From assembly GCA_965203515.1 (NCBI GenBank), contig OZ241907.1, positions 2,400,001-2,464,000 of the forward strand: 64,000 nucleotides of DNA. Direction: 5' to 3'. The DNA comes from Spirochaetia bacterium. GTDB taxonomy: Bacteria > Spirochaetota > Spirochaetia > SZUA-6 > Bin103. Positions 22,691 through 35,004 of this stretch are shown one piece after another. A model generated the notes under the pieces. It was not told the origin of the DNA and did not search any database. It was given only the letters and a program-made list of their open reading frames with translations. Both the position numbers and the translations under genes were made by a program. Within the stretch, counting starts at the first letter, position 1; each line of letters opens with the position of its first letter.

Positions 22691-23671
22691 ATGGGCGCAA
22701 GAATCGAGGGGATCGGCGCCTACACGCCGTCCCGACGCATGTCCAATGACGAGCTTGCCGCGTTTCTGGACACCTCAGACGAATGGATCCGATCGCACAC
22801 CGGCATCGGCTATCGCCACGTCGCCAGCGAGGACGAAGCCGCCTCCGACCTGGGAGCTCAGGCCGCCAAGGTAGCGCTGGACCGTTCCGGGACCGACCCG
22901 GAGTCGATCGACATGGTGCTGGTGGCCACCGCCTCCTCCGACTACGTCGGCTTCCCGTCGACCGCCTGCATCGTACAGGACAAGATCGGCGCGAAGAACG
23001 CCGCGGCGATGGACATCGGGGTCGGCTGCACGGGGTTCGTCTACGGCCTGGAGACGGCGAAGGGGTTCATAGCCTCGGGGGCCGCCAACCGCGTGCTGCT
23101 GATCGGCAGCGAGGTGCTGACGCGCATCGTCGACTGGACCGACCGCAGCACCTGCGTGCTGTTCGGCGACGGCGCCGGCGCCGCGGTGATCAGCCCCTCG
23201 GCCAACGGGCGGGGCATCCTGGACTCGGTGCTCAAGGCCGACGGATCGGGCGCTTCGTATCTGGCGCGGGAGGTCGGCGGTACGCGCGCGCCGTTCAAGC
23301 CGGGCCACAGCGCCGAGCGCGACCTGCTGATCAAGATGGAGGGGCAGCCGGTCTACAACTTCGCGGTCCCGGCGATCATCGAGGTGATCCGGCAGATCCT
23401 GGACCGCAACCGGCTCACGATCGACGACATCACCTACATCGTCCCGCACCAAGCCAACCGCCGGATCATCGAGGCGGCCGCCAAACGGTCGCGCATCCCC
23501 ACCGAGAAGTTCTACCTGAACATCGAGGAATACGCGAACACGTCGGCGGCGACCATCCCCATCGCCTTGAACGAGCTGTACGAGCGCGGCCATATCGGCC
23601 GCGGCGACCTGCTGATCACCGTCGGCTTCGGCGCCGGCCTCACGTTCGGCGGCAACCTGTTGAAGTGGTAG
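22691..23671 (+). CDS. fabH: 3-oxoacyl-ACP synthase III
   Basis: DTSDEWI, GCTGF (catalytic Cys), LFGDGAGA, PHQAN, ANTSAA, GFGAG. Confidence 0.97.
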   Translation: MGARIEGIGAYTPSRRMSNDELAAFLDTSDEWIRSHTGIGYRHVASEDEAASDLGAQAAKVALDRSGTDPESIDMVLVATASSDYVGFPSTACIVQDKIGAKNAAAMDIGVGCTGFVYGLETAKGFIASGAANRVLLIGSEVLTRIVDWTDRSTCVLFGDGAGAAVISPSANGRGILDSVLKADGSGASYLAREVGGTRAPFKPGHSAERDLLIKMEGQPVYNFAVPAIIEVIRQILDRNRLTIDDITYIVPHQANRRIIEAAAKRSRIPTEKFYLNIEEYANTSAATIPIALNELYERGHIGRGDLLITVGFGAGLTFGGNLLKW

Positions 23672-23680
23672 AGCGCCGGC

Positions 23681-26906
<3,226 letters not shown>

Positions 26907-27198
26907 TCGGCGGGGCGCCCGCGGCCGCTTCATCCGCGACCCCGATGCATCGGCCAAACCCGTTGCGTCGGTCGACGACCCGGCCAACTACTATCGTCTT
27001 CCCCGGCCCGGGCTCCTGTGGAACGGCGAACCCGACGAGCCGTTGGCGGATGACGGCGGCAGGCGGCGGCGTCTCAGGGCGAAAGCCCGGCAGCACGAAA
27101 GGCGTTCCGTCCGCCGGCCGGAGCCGGCCGAGAAGCGGACGCCGGTCTGGCATCAGGAACGGCTGCTGGAGAATGCCGAATCGTACGATGAACCGTGA

Positions 27199-28257
27199 TC
27201 AGACGGCCCCCTCATCGCCGCCGATCACCCGCACTTCGCGTTCCAACCGCACGTCGAAGCGTTCGGCGACCGCCTCTTCCACCGCTCGGGCCGCGGCCAG
27301 CACTTCCGCGCCGCTGGCCCCGCCGTGGTTGACCAGCACCAGGGCATGGCGCTCGGCTACGCCTGCGCGGCCGAAGCGCCGGCCGCGCAGGCCGCACGCT
27401 TCTATCAGCTGCGCCGCCGGCACCTTGTAGCCGCGGTCAGCCGCCACCCCGGCGAGCCGGGGGCAGCGCTCCCGGACCCGCTCGTAGCGGTCGGGCGTCA
27501 GTACCGGATTCTTGAAGAAGGAGCCGGCGTTGGGCAGACGGAGCGGATCGGGCAGCTTGCGGCGGCGCAGGCGCACGATCGCGCGGCTCACGTCGGCGAC
27601 CGTGGGATCGGCAACCGCCATCCGCGCCAGCTCCTCGCGCACCCCGGCGTACGCCAGGTTCAGCCGCGGCCGTTTGCACAGCCGCAGGCGCACCTCGGTG
27701 ATGAGCATCCGGTCGCGCAGCAGGCTGCGCTTGAACACGCTGTCCCGGTAGCCGAACGCGCACGCGGCGCCGTCCATGGTTCGGGGCTCGCCGCCGCCGG
27801 CCAGCGGCACCGCCTGCAGGTCGACGAAGACGTCGGAGAGCTGCGCCCCATAGGCGCCGATGTTCTGGATCGGCGCCGCGCCGACCGATCCCGGGATCAG
27901 GCTGAGGTTCTCGATGCCGCCCCAGCCGCGCGCCACCGCATGACGCACCAGCCGGTGCCAGTCGTGACCGGCGGCGGCCGTGACGACCACCGACTCCGCC
28001 TCCTCCATCTCCCGTACGGCGACGCCGTCGGCGCGCGGCAGGATCACGACGCCGGGGTAGTCGCCGACGAAGAGGACGTTGCTGCCGCCGCCAAGCACCA
28101 ACCGCGGCAGTCGGTCGAAGCGCGGGCCGGCGAGCAACTCGGCCAGCTCCCGCGCCGCGCGGTCGGACGGGCCGCCCACGCGTACCGCGTAGCGCGCCGC
28201 CGCCGCGACGCGCAACGTGTTGCAGGCGGTCAGCGGAGCGTCCGTCTCGACCCGCAC
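27199..28257 (-). CDS. murB: UDP-N-acetylenolpyruvoylglucosamine reductase
   Basis: LGGGSN, IPGSVGAAPIQNIGAYG, FGYRDSVFK, NAGSFFKNP, HALVLVN. Confidence 0.96.
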   Translation of the reverse strand: MRVETDAPLTACNTLRVAAAARYAVRVGGPSDRAARELAELLAGPRFDRLPRLVLGGGSNVLFVGDYPGVVILPRADGVAVREMEEAESVVVTAAAGHDWHRLVRHAVARGWGGIENLSLIPGSVGAAPIQNIGAYGAQLSDVFVDLQAVPLAGGGEPRTMDGAACAFGYRDSVFKRSLLRDRMLITEVRLRLCKRPRLNLAYAGVREELARMAVADPTVADVSRAIVRLRRRKLPDPLRLPNAGSFFKNPVLTPDRYERVRERCPRLAGVAADRGYKVPAAQLIEACGLRGRRFGRAGVAERHALVLVNHGGASGAEVLAAARAVEEAVAERFDVRLEREVRVIGGDEGAV

Positions 28258-28410
28258 CCTCCCCCCTGGTTTGCTGGCCGGAGCATCCCGGCGCCCCCGA
28301 GACAGTATCCCGGCGCCCCCGGGCCGCGGTCAAGCGGCCGCCGCGCGGACGGTGAGCCAGCGCACGCGTGATCTTGCCGGCCGGCGCCCCCGGCGGCTAC
28401 CCTGATCTCC

Positions 28411-29361
28411 TTGAGCAGCACCACCGTTCCGTCGGCGGTCGCCAAACGAACGCGCTGGCAGAACCGTCTGGCCGAGCTGAACCGGGCCCGGTACCTCTTC
28501 ATCCTCATGGTTCCGGGGCTCCTCTTCTTCGTCGTCTTCCGCTACGTCCCGATCTACGGCGTCACCTTGGCGTTCAAGGACTTCGTCGCCGCCGACGGCA
28601 TCCTGGGCAGCCCGTGGGCCGGCTTGAAGTACTTCGACCGGCTGTTCACCTATCCCGGCGTGGGGCGGGTCTTCATGAACACCGTCGAGATCAGCCTGCT
28701 GCGCCTGCTGGTGGGGTTTCCGGCGCCGATCATCCTGGCCCTGATGCTCAACGAGCTGCGCGTGGGCGCGTTCAAGCGCACGGTGCAGACCATCTCCTAC
28801 CTGCCCCACTTCCTGTCCTGGGTGGTGATCGCCGGGCTGGTGCGTCAGGTGCTGTCGCCCTCCACCGGCCTGCTCGGCTACGTCTTCTCCCTGTTCGGGG
28901 CCGTGCCCCCGGTGCTGCTGGCCGACCAGCAGTGGTTCATCGCCATCCTCATCATCTCCGACGTGTGGCAGTCGATCGGCTGGGGGACCATCATCTATCT
29001 GGCCGCGATCGCCGGCATCAATCCGGAGCTGTACGAGGTGGCCACCATCGACGGCGCCGGCCGCTTCCGTCTGATGTGGCACATCACCATCCCGTCGATC
29101 GCCCCGGCCATCGTCATCCTGTTCATCCTGCGCGTCGGGCACCTGCTGGAGGCGGGGTTCGATCAGATCTTCAACCTCTACAATCCGGCGGTCTACGAGG
29201 TGGCCGACATCATCGACACCTACGTCTACCGGATGGGCTTGGAGGGGATTCAGTACAGCTTCGCCACCGCCGTCGGGTTGGCCAAGAACGTGATCGGCTG
29301 CGTCCTGCTGCTCCTGGCCAACCGCATCACGAAGTCCTTTTCCGAGGCGACCCTGTGGTAG
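28411..29361 (+). CDS. Carbohydrate ABC transporter permease (LplB-like)
   Basis: SPWAGLKYF, QTISYLPHFLSW, LYEVATIDGA (EAA loop), DIIDTYVY. Confidence 0.93.
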   Translation: MSSTTVPSAVAKRTRWQNRLAELNRARYLFILMVPGLLFFVVFRYVPIYGVTLAFKDFVAADGILGSPWAGLKYFDRLFTYPGVGRVFMNTVEISLLRLLVGFPAPIILALMLNELRVGAFKRTVQTISYLPHFLSWVVIAGLVRQVLSPSTGLLGYVFSLFGAVPPVLLADQQWFIAILIISDVWQSIGWGTIIYLAAIAGINPELYEVATIDGAGRFRLMWHITIPSIAPAIVILFILRVGHLLEAGFDQIFNLYNPAVYEVADIIDTYVYRMGLEGIQYSFATAVGLAKNVIGCVLLLLANRITKSFSEATLW

Positions 29362-29375
29362 CCGGGCGGAGCCTC

Positions 29376-30266
29376 ATGCACCGCCGCAGCACCGGGGACC
29401 GGGTGTTCGACCTCATCAACGTCGGCCTGATCCTGCTGCTCTGCGCCACCATCGTCTACCCGTTCCTCAATCAGATCACCCTGTCGCTGAGCAACCGCGT
29501 CGACGCCCAGGCGAAGGGCCTGCACCTGCTCCCGCACCTGGGCCGCATGACCCTCGAATCGTACCGGCGCGTGCTGCTCGGAGGGTCGATCGCGCCGGCG
29601 TTCTTCTGGACCACCCTGCGCACCGCGCTCGGCACCTCGATCACCGTCAGCGTGCTGATCATGATGGCGTACTCGATGTCCAAGCGGTACCTGCCGTACC
29701 GCAACTTCTGGACCTTTCTGGTGGTCTTCACCATGTTCTTCTCCGGCGGGCTGGTGCCCAGCTTCCTGCTGGTGCGGTCGCTGGGAATGATGAATACGAT
29801 CTGGGCGCTGGTGTTGCCGCCGGTGGCCAATGCGTTCTCGCTGATCATCGCGCGCAACTTCATGATGTCGGTATCCGAAGAGCTGGCCGAGAGCGCGCGC
29901 ATCGACGGCGCCAACGACATCACCATCCTGTTCCGCATCTACGTGCCGGTATCGATGCCGATCATCGCCACCCTGTCGCTGTGGTCGATGGTCCAGCATT
30001 GGAACTCCTGGTTCGACGCGTTGATCTACATCCAGCGGCCCCCGATCCGCATCCTGCAGGAGATCCTGCGCCGCGTGCTGATCGATGCCTCGTTCACCGC
30101 CACCAGCATCGACGAGCAGGCGCTGGCCATGGAGTTTCAGGAATACACCCCGGAGTCGCTGCGCGCCGCCATTCTGATGGTGGTGACGGTTCCGATCGTG
30201 TTGACCTATCCGTTCTTCCAGCGCTACTTCGTCAAGGGCATCATGATCGGTTCGCTGAAGGGCTAG
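29376..30266 (+). CDS. Carbohydrate ABC transporter permease (LplC-like)
   Basis: FFSGGLVP, ESARIDGAND, HWNSWFDA, YPFFQRYFVKGIMIGSLKG; start ATG 29376. Confidence 0.93.
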   Translation: MHRRSTGDRVFDLINVGLILLLCATIVYPFLNQITLSLSNRVDAQAKGLHLLPHLGRMTLESYRRVLLGGSIAPAFFWTTLRTALGTSITVSVLIMMAYSMSKRYLPYRNFWTFLVVFTMFFSGGLVPSFLLVRSLGMMNTIWALVLPPVANAFSLIIARNFMMSVSEELAESARIDGANDITILFRIYVPVSMPIIATLSLWSMVQHWNSWFDALIYIQRPPIRILQEILRRVLIDASFTATSIDEQALAMEFQEYTPESLRAAILMVVTVPIVLTYPFFQRYFVKGIMIGSLKG

Positions 30267-30330
30267 CCGGTCAGGAACGTCTCGGGTAACGGGACGCAAC
30301 AATCCACTATCGTTCTCACGAGGAGGCACG

Positions 30331-31926
30331 ATGAAACGGTTCTTATCACTCACCGGAACGGCACTGCTGTTTCTGGTACTGGCAAGCGGCCTGGCCGGCG
30401 CGGCCGCCGAAGCGGAAGGGAGCGCCGCCGAGGACCCGACGGTGATCCGGTGGTTCGGCACCCGCGGCGTACCCGGACCGGACGCGCCGATCCCGCCGAT
30501 GCTCGAAGAGCTGGTGAGCCAGAAAGTCGGCTTCGACGTCAAGTTCGATATCTACGGCGCGATAGACAACCACATGGAGATCATCCAGCTCAACCTGGCC
30601 GCCAACGATCTGCCCGATCTGTTCCATGCGTTCCAAATCAACGAGGACTTTCTGCGCCAGGCGTCGGCCAAGTTCGAGTTGGCGGAGATGGAAGAACACA
30701 TGCCGGAGTCGACCAAGTGGCTGCGCGGGCTGATGAACCAGCTCGGACTGGACGAAGATGCGACCTGGGCCACGTACCAGGACGCCAGCGATGGCCGCAT
30801 GTGGGGTACGCCGCGCATCTGGGATCTCGGCTGGGTGCCATCCGGTCAGATGTGGCGCAAGGACATCCTCGACGATCTGGGATACGAGATTCCCACCACC
30901 ATCGCCGAGACCGAGGAGGTGTTCGCCGCCTACAAGGCCGCGTTTCCGAGCAAGTATCCGATGGGCGCGTCCGGCAAGTCACCGTGGTGGCAGGCGTTCG
31001 ACCAGGTGTTCAACGCCTACGGCATCACGGCGGGCGGCCAGAGCGTGCGCGACGGCATGATCAAGCAGCACTTCACCCTGCCGGAGTTCAAGGAAGCGCT
31101 GGCGACGCTGAGCGACTGGTACGCCAAGGGCTACATCGACCCGGAGTTCATCACCCACACCAACGCCGACAAGTTCCGGGTCTTCGCCCAGGGCGATTAC
31201 CTGACCAGCGAATGGCTGGGGCGCGGCAACTGGACGGGTGACGAGCACGCGCGCTTCATCGGGGAGCTGTTCCACAACGTGCCCGGCGCGGTCGCGGTGC
31301 CGGCCACCCACATCGCCAGAGACGCGGACAGCAAGCCGCTGCAGCGGGTCTGGAACCCGTTCCTGACGCAGCTCATCGTGTTCGGCAAGCACCTGGACGA
31401 CGACCACGAGCACATGCACAAGATCATGCAGGTGGCGGACGTGATCTCGCAGGACCGGGAGACCAAATTCCTGGCCGAATACGGGATCGAAGGCGATCAC
31501 TACACGATTCCGGAAGGTGAGACCGCGCCGCAGTTGCTGCCGGCGATCAACGCCCTGAGCGTCGCCGACCGTACCGAACAGTTCGGCTTCGGCTTCTACT
31601 GGGGCGGGACGTTCAGCACCTACAGTCTCCAGTCCAGCGCCATCCAGAGTCTCATCGAGGAGCACGTGCTGGATCCGAACGGGATCTACGGCGCCAACAA
31701 CCTCGACCTGTGGTTCCCGGTCGTGGGCGGAGCGGTGCGCTACGAGAACGGCGAGGACATCGGCGCCATGATGGCCGGCGACGCCAAGCTCGACTCGTTC
31801 GTGATGACGGTGCAGATCGTCACCGGCGAGCGCCCGCTCGACTACTACGACGAGTGGTTGGAGTACTACTACGCCAACGGCGGCCGTGATTGGGAGACCC
31901 ACGCCACCCGGCTCTACCTCAAGTAG
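30331..31926 (+). CDS. Carbohydrate ABC transporter extracellular solute-binding protein
   Basis: Signal peptide, LAANDLPD, WRKDILDDLG, GYIDPEF, YGIEGDHY; follows two permeases; GAGGAGG Shine-Dalgarno. Confidence 0.88.
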   Translation: MKRFLSLTGTALLFLVLASGLAGAAAEAEGSAAEDPTVIRWFGTRGVPGPDAPIPPMLEELVSQKVGFDVKFDIYGAIDNHMEIIQLNLAANDLPDLFHAFQINEDFLRQASAKFELAEMEEHMPESTKWLRGLMNQLGLDEDATWATYQDASDGRMWGTPRIWDLGWVPSGQMWRKDILDDLGYEIPTTIAETEEVFAAYKAAFPSKYPMGASGKSPWWQAFDQVFNAYGITAGGQSVRDGMIKQHFTLPEFKEALATLSDWYAKGYIDPEFITHTNADKFRVFAQGDYLTSEWLGRGNWTGDEHARFIGELFHNVPGAVAVPATHIARDADSKPLQRVWNPFLTQLIVFGKHLDDDHEHMHKIMQVADVISQDRETKFLAEYGIEGDHYTIPEGETAPQLLPAINALSVADRTEQFGFGFYWGGTFSTYSLQSSAIQSLIEEHVLDPNGIYGANNLDLWFPVVGGAVRYENGEDIGAMMAGDAKLDSFVMTVQIVTGERPLDYYDEWLEYYYANGGRDWETHATRLYLK

Positions 31927-31946
31927 CTGGCCTTTTCGGCTTTCGG

Positions 31947-31975
31947 CCGCGGGCTGCCCGGCGGGCAGCCCGCGG
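31947..31975. terminator. 13-bp hairpin between convergent genes, probable bidirectional terminator
   Basis: CCGCGGGCTGCCC-ggc-GGGCAGCCCGCGG. Confidence 0.6.
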
Positions 31976-31980
31976 TCCGA

Positions 31981-32856
31981 TCAGGCGCTCAGTCGCTCCA
32001 GCACCCGGTACAGCGCCTGCGTGCCCCGGTCCTCCAGCCCCTCCGCCATCGCTGCGGTGTAGAACTGGTTGGCCAGCGACAGCCCCGGCAAGGCCACCCG
32101 CATCGCCTGCGCCTCCGCCAGGGCGATGCCCATGTCCTTTACGAAGTGCTTGATGAAGAAGCCCGGCTCGAAATCGCCCTTGACGATGCGCGGCCCCAGG
32201 TTGTTGATGGCAAAGCAGCTCGCCGCCCCCTTGCCGATCACGGCGATGATCTCGTCGCGGTCCAGGCCGGCGCGGTGGCCGTAGAGCAGCGATTCCACGA
32301 CCCCGACCATGGTGGAGGCGATCAGGATCTGGTTGCTCATCTTGGTGTGCTGGCCGGCGCCCGCCGTTCCCATGTAGGCGATGTTCTCGCCCATGACGCG
32401 GAAGTACGGCATGGCCCGGTCGAAGTCGGCGCGGTCGCCGCCGACCATGATCGCCAGCGTCCCGGCGCGAGCGCCCGTGTCGCCCCCGGAGACCGGCGCG
32501 TCGAGCGAAGCCACGCCGCGCTGCGCCGCCCGTTCGTGGAGACGCTTGGCCAGCGCCGGTTCCGAGGTGGTCATGTCGATCACCATGCTGCCGCTCTCGG
32601 TCGCCTCCAGCACGCCGCCCGATCCCAGGTAGACCTCCTCCACGTCGCGCGGATAGCCGACGATGGTGAAGACCGCCTCGCTGCCTTCGGCCACACCGGC
32701 CGGCGTGTCGCACCACACGGCCCCGGCGTCCAGCAGATCCTGCGCCTTGTCCTTCGAGCGGTTGTAGACCGCCACCCCGTATCCGGCCCGACGGAGATGC
32801 AGACACATCGAGCGCCCCATCACTCCGGTTCCGATCCAACCGATTTTCCCTGCCAT
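31981..32856 (-). CDS. NAD(P)-dependent beta-hydroxyacid dehydrogenase (3-hydroxyisobutyrate/tartronate semialdehyde reductase family)
   Basis: IGWIGTGVMG, DAPVSGG, GAGQHTK, FFIKHFVKDM; start ATG 32856. Confidence 0.93.
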   Translation of the reverse strand: MAGKIGWIGTGVMGRSMCLHLRRAGYGVAVYNRSKDKAQDLLDAGAVWCDTPAGVAEGSEAVFTIVGYPRDVEEVYLGSGGVLEATESGSMVIDMTTSEPALAKRLHERAAQRGVASLDAPVSGGDTGARAGTLAIMVGGDRADFDRAMPYFRVMGENIAYMGTAGAGQHTKMSNQILIASTMVGVVESLLYGHRAGLDRDEIIAVIGKGAASCFAINNLGPRIVKGDFEPGFFIKHFVKDMGIALAEAQAMRVALPGLSLANQFYTAAMAEGLEDRGTQALYRVLERLSA

Positions 32857-33015
32857 TCGATCTCCATTCCCCCTGTCAGCGGACAGAGGCCAAAAGCGTT
32901 GCTGCCTGCACGGTAGCTTGCCGCGGTTGGCGCCGCCAACCCTCCCGGCCCTCCCGGGCCGCGCACTTCCGCCCGCGCACTCCCGCGCACGCATTTCGGC
33001 GCGTATACTGAGAGG

Positions 33016-34197
33016 ATGCAGAGTCCACCGGACCGGTTCGGCCAGTCCGCCCGCCTGCGGCGGGTGCAGCCGCCGGTCATCCCGCGTATTCACCGCCTGA
33101 TCGCCGAGAACCCCGGCACCATCTCGCTGGGACAGGGCGTGGTCGGCTATCCTCCGCCGCCGGGCGTGCGGGCGGCGCTGGATCGCTTTCTGGCGGACGC
33201 CGACAACCACAAGTACGCGTCGGTGTACGGCATTCCCGCGCTGCGCGAGCGTATCGCCGCCAAGCTGTCGCGGGAGAACGGGATCGCCGTCGACGACGAG
33301 CACGAGCTGATGGTGACCGCCGGCGGCAACATGGCGTTTGTCAACGCGCTGCTGGCGATCTGCGACGAAGGGGCCGAGGTGGTGCTGATGTCCCCGTACT
33401 ACTTCAACCACGAGATGGCCGTGACGATGGCCGGCTGCCGGCCCGTGCTGGTCGAAACCGGCCGCGACTTTCAGCTCGACCTCGACGCCGTGGAGGCTGC
33501 GGTCACCGCCAACACGCGCGCGGTGGTCACCATCTCCCCGAACAATCCTTCCGGGGCGGTCTATCCGCGCGCGGACCTGTGCGCTCTGAACCGCCTGTGC
33601 GCCGAGCGCGGTCTCTTTCACGTCCACGACGAGGCGTACGAGTACTTCCTCCATGACGGCGCCGAACACTTCTCACCCGGCTCGCTCCCCGACGCGGGCG
33701 ACCACACGATCTCCCTCTATTCCCTGTCCAAGGCGTACGGATTGGCGAGCTGGCGGATCGGCTACCTGCGCATGCCCGCGTACCTGCACGACGCGGCCGC
33801 CAAGATCCAGGACACGATCGCGATCTGTCCGGCGATCATATCGCAATTCGCGGCCGTCGCCGCGCTGGACGCCGGCGTCGACTACTGCCGCGGCCAGCTC
33901 GCGGCGATCTCCGCCCGGCGATCGGCGGTGCTGAGGACGCTCGGCGCGCTGCGGCCGCTGGTGGAGGCGCCGGCGACCCGCGGCGCCTTCTACGTGCTGG
34001 CCCGCGTGGCGACCGACGCCGACTCGGTAGCGATCGCGTCGCGGCTGATTTGCGAACACCGCGTAGCGGTCGTGCCGGGCACGGCGTTCGGGCTGACCGG
34101 CGGCTGCTACCTGCGCATCGCGTACGCCGCACCCGACGACGACACCCTTGCGGAAGCGTTGCGCCGGCTCGCCGAGGGCCTGCGCCGCATCGTATAG
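33016..34197 (+). CDS. PLP-dependent class I/II aminotransferase
   Basis: SLGQG, SPNNPSG, DEAY, SLSKAYGLASWRIG. Confidence 0.93.
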   Translation: MQSPPDRFGQSARLRRVQPPVIPRIHRLIAENPGTISLGQGVVGYPPPPGVRAALDRFLADADNHKYASVYGIPALRERIAAKLSRENGIAVDDEHELMVTAGGNMAFVNALLAICDEGAEVVLMSPYYFNHEMAVTMAGCRPVLVETGRDFQLDLDAVEAAVTANTRAVVTISPNNPSGAVYPRADLCALNRLCAERGLFHVHDEAYEYFLHDGAEHFSPGSLPDAGDHTISLYSLSKAYGLASWRIGYLRMPAYLHDAAAKIQDTIAICPAIISQFAAVAALDAGVDYCRGQLAAISARRSAVLRTLGALRPLVEAPATRGAFYVLARVATDADSVAIASRLICEHRVAVVPGTAFGLTGGCYLRIAYAAPDDDTLAEALRRLAEGLRRIV

Positions 34198-34206
34198 TCC
34201 GGCCCC

Positions 34207-34962
34207 ATGACGCGCCACGACCCGCCGCTCCGCGCCCGCTACCACGACACCGGCTTCCTGACCGGCATCGACGTGCTCGATGCGCGCGAGGTGGCGGAGC
34301 TACGCCGCGCGTTCGACGAATTGGAGCGCTCGGCGCCGGCCGAACAGCGGCAGGTCGGCCTGCAGGGCCGCCACTTCCGGGACGAGTTCGTGTGGCGGCT
34401 GACCACCGATGCGCGGGTGCTCGACGTGATGGAGCAGGTGATGGGGCCCGACCTGATGCTGCTCGGCACCCACTTCTTCAACAAGCGGCCCGACCCCGAC
34501 GCCGAGTCGTACGTCGCCTGGCATCAGGACGTCACCTACTGGGGGCTGGAGCCGGCCGAGGCGCACAGCGCCTGGATCGCGATCGACGACAGCGACGCCG
34601 CCAACGGTTGCATGCGGGTGCTGCCGCGCTCCCATCGCGAGGGCGTGAAGGTGCACGGCACCGCGCAGCGGCAGGGCAACCTGCTGTCGATCAACCAGGA
34701 GATACCGGACGACCAGGTCGACGCCGCCGGCGCCGTCGACCTGGAGCTGCGCGCCGGCCAGATGTCGGTCCATCACGGCCGGCTGGTGCACGCCAGCAAC
34801 CCCAATCGGTCCGCCCGGCGGCGATGCGGACTGGTGGCCCGCTATATCTCCCCGATGGTCCGGCAGGTGCGCCCCGACTCTTACGGCAGCAGCCACGAAC
34901 CGGTGCTGGTCCGCGGCCGCGACCGCTACCGCCACTTTCCGGCGCGCTCCGCGCCCTTCTGA
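34207..34962 (+). CDS. Phytanoyl-CoA dioxygenase (PhyH) family Fe(II)/2-oxoglutarate dioxygenase
   Basis: WHQD, WIAIDD...NGCM, HASNPN, RCG. Confidence 0.9.
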   Translation: MTRHDPPLRARYHDTGFLTGIDVLDAREVAELRRAFDELERSAPAEQRQVGLQGRHFRDEFVWRLTTDARVLDVMEQVMGPDLMLLGTHFFNKRPDPDAESYVAWHQDVTYWGLEPAEAHSAWIAIDDSDAANGCMRVLPRSHREGVKVHGTAQRQGNLLSINQEIPDDQVDAAGAVDLELRAGQMSVHHGRLVHASNPNRSARRRCGLVARYISPMVRQVRPDSYGSSHEPVLVRGRDRYRHFPARSAPF

Positions 34963-35004
34963 GCGCCGGGCACGGAGCGCGTCCGGTCAGCGAGCAGCCG
35001 CCCT

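Noticed and set aside
28368..29375. 632-aa ORF suggesting a fused permease
   Set aside because: The 5' half is an alternate frame of the first permease; the real gene starts at 29376.
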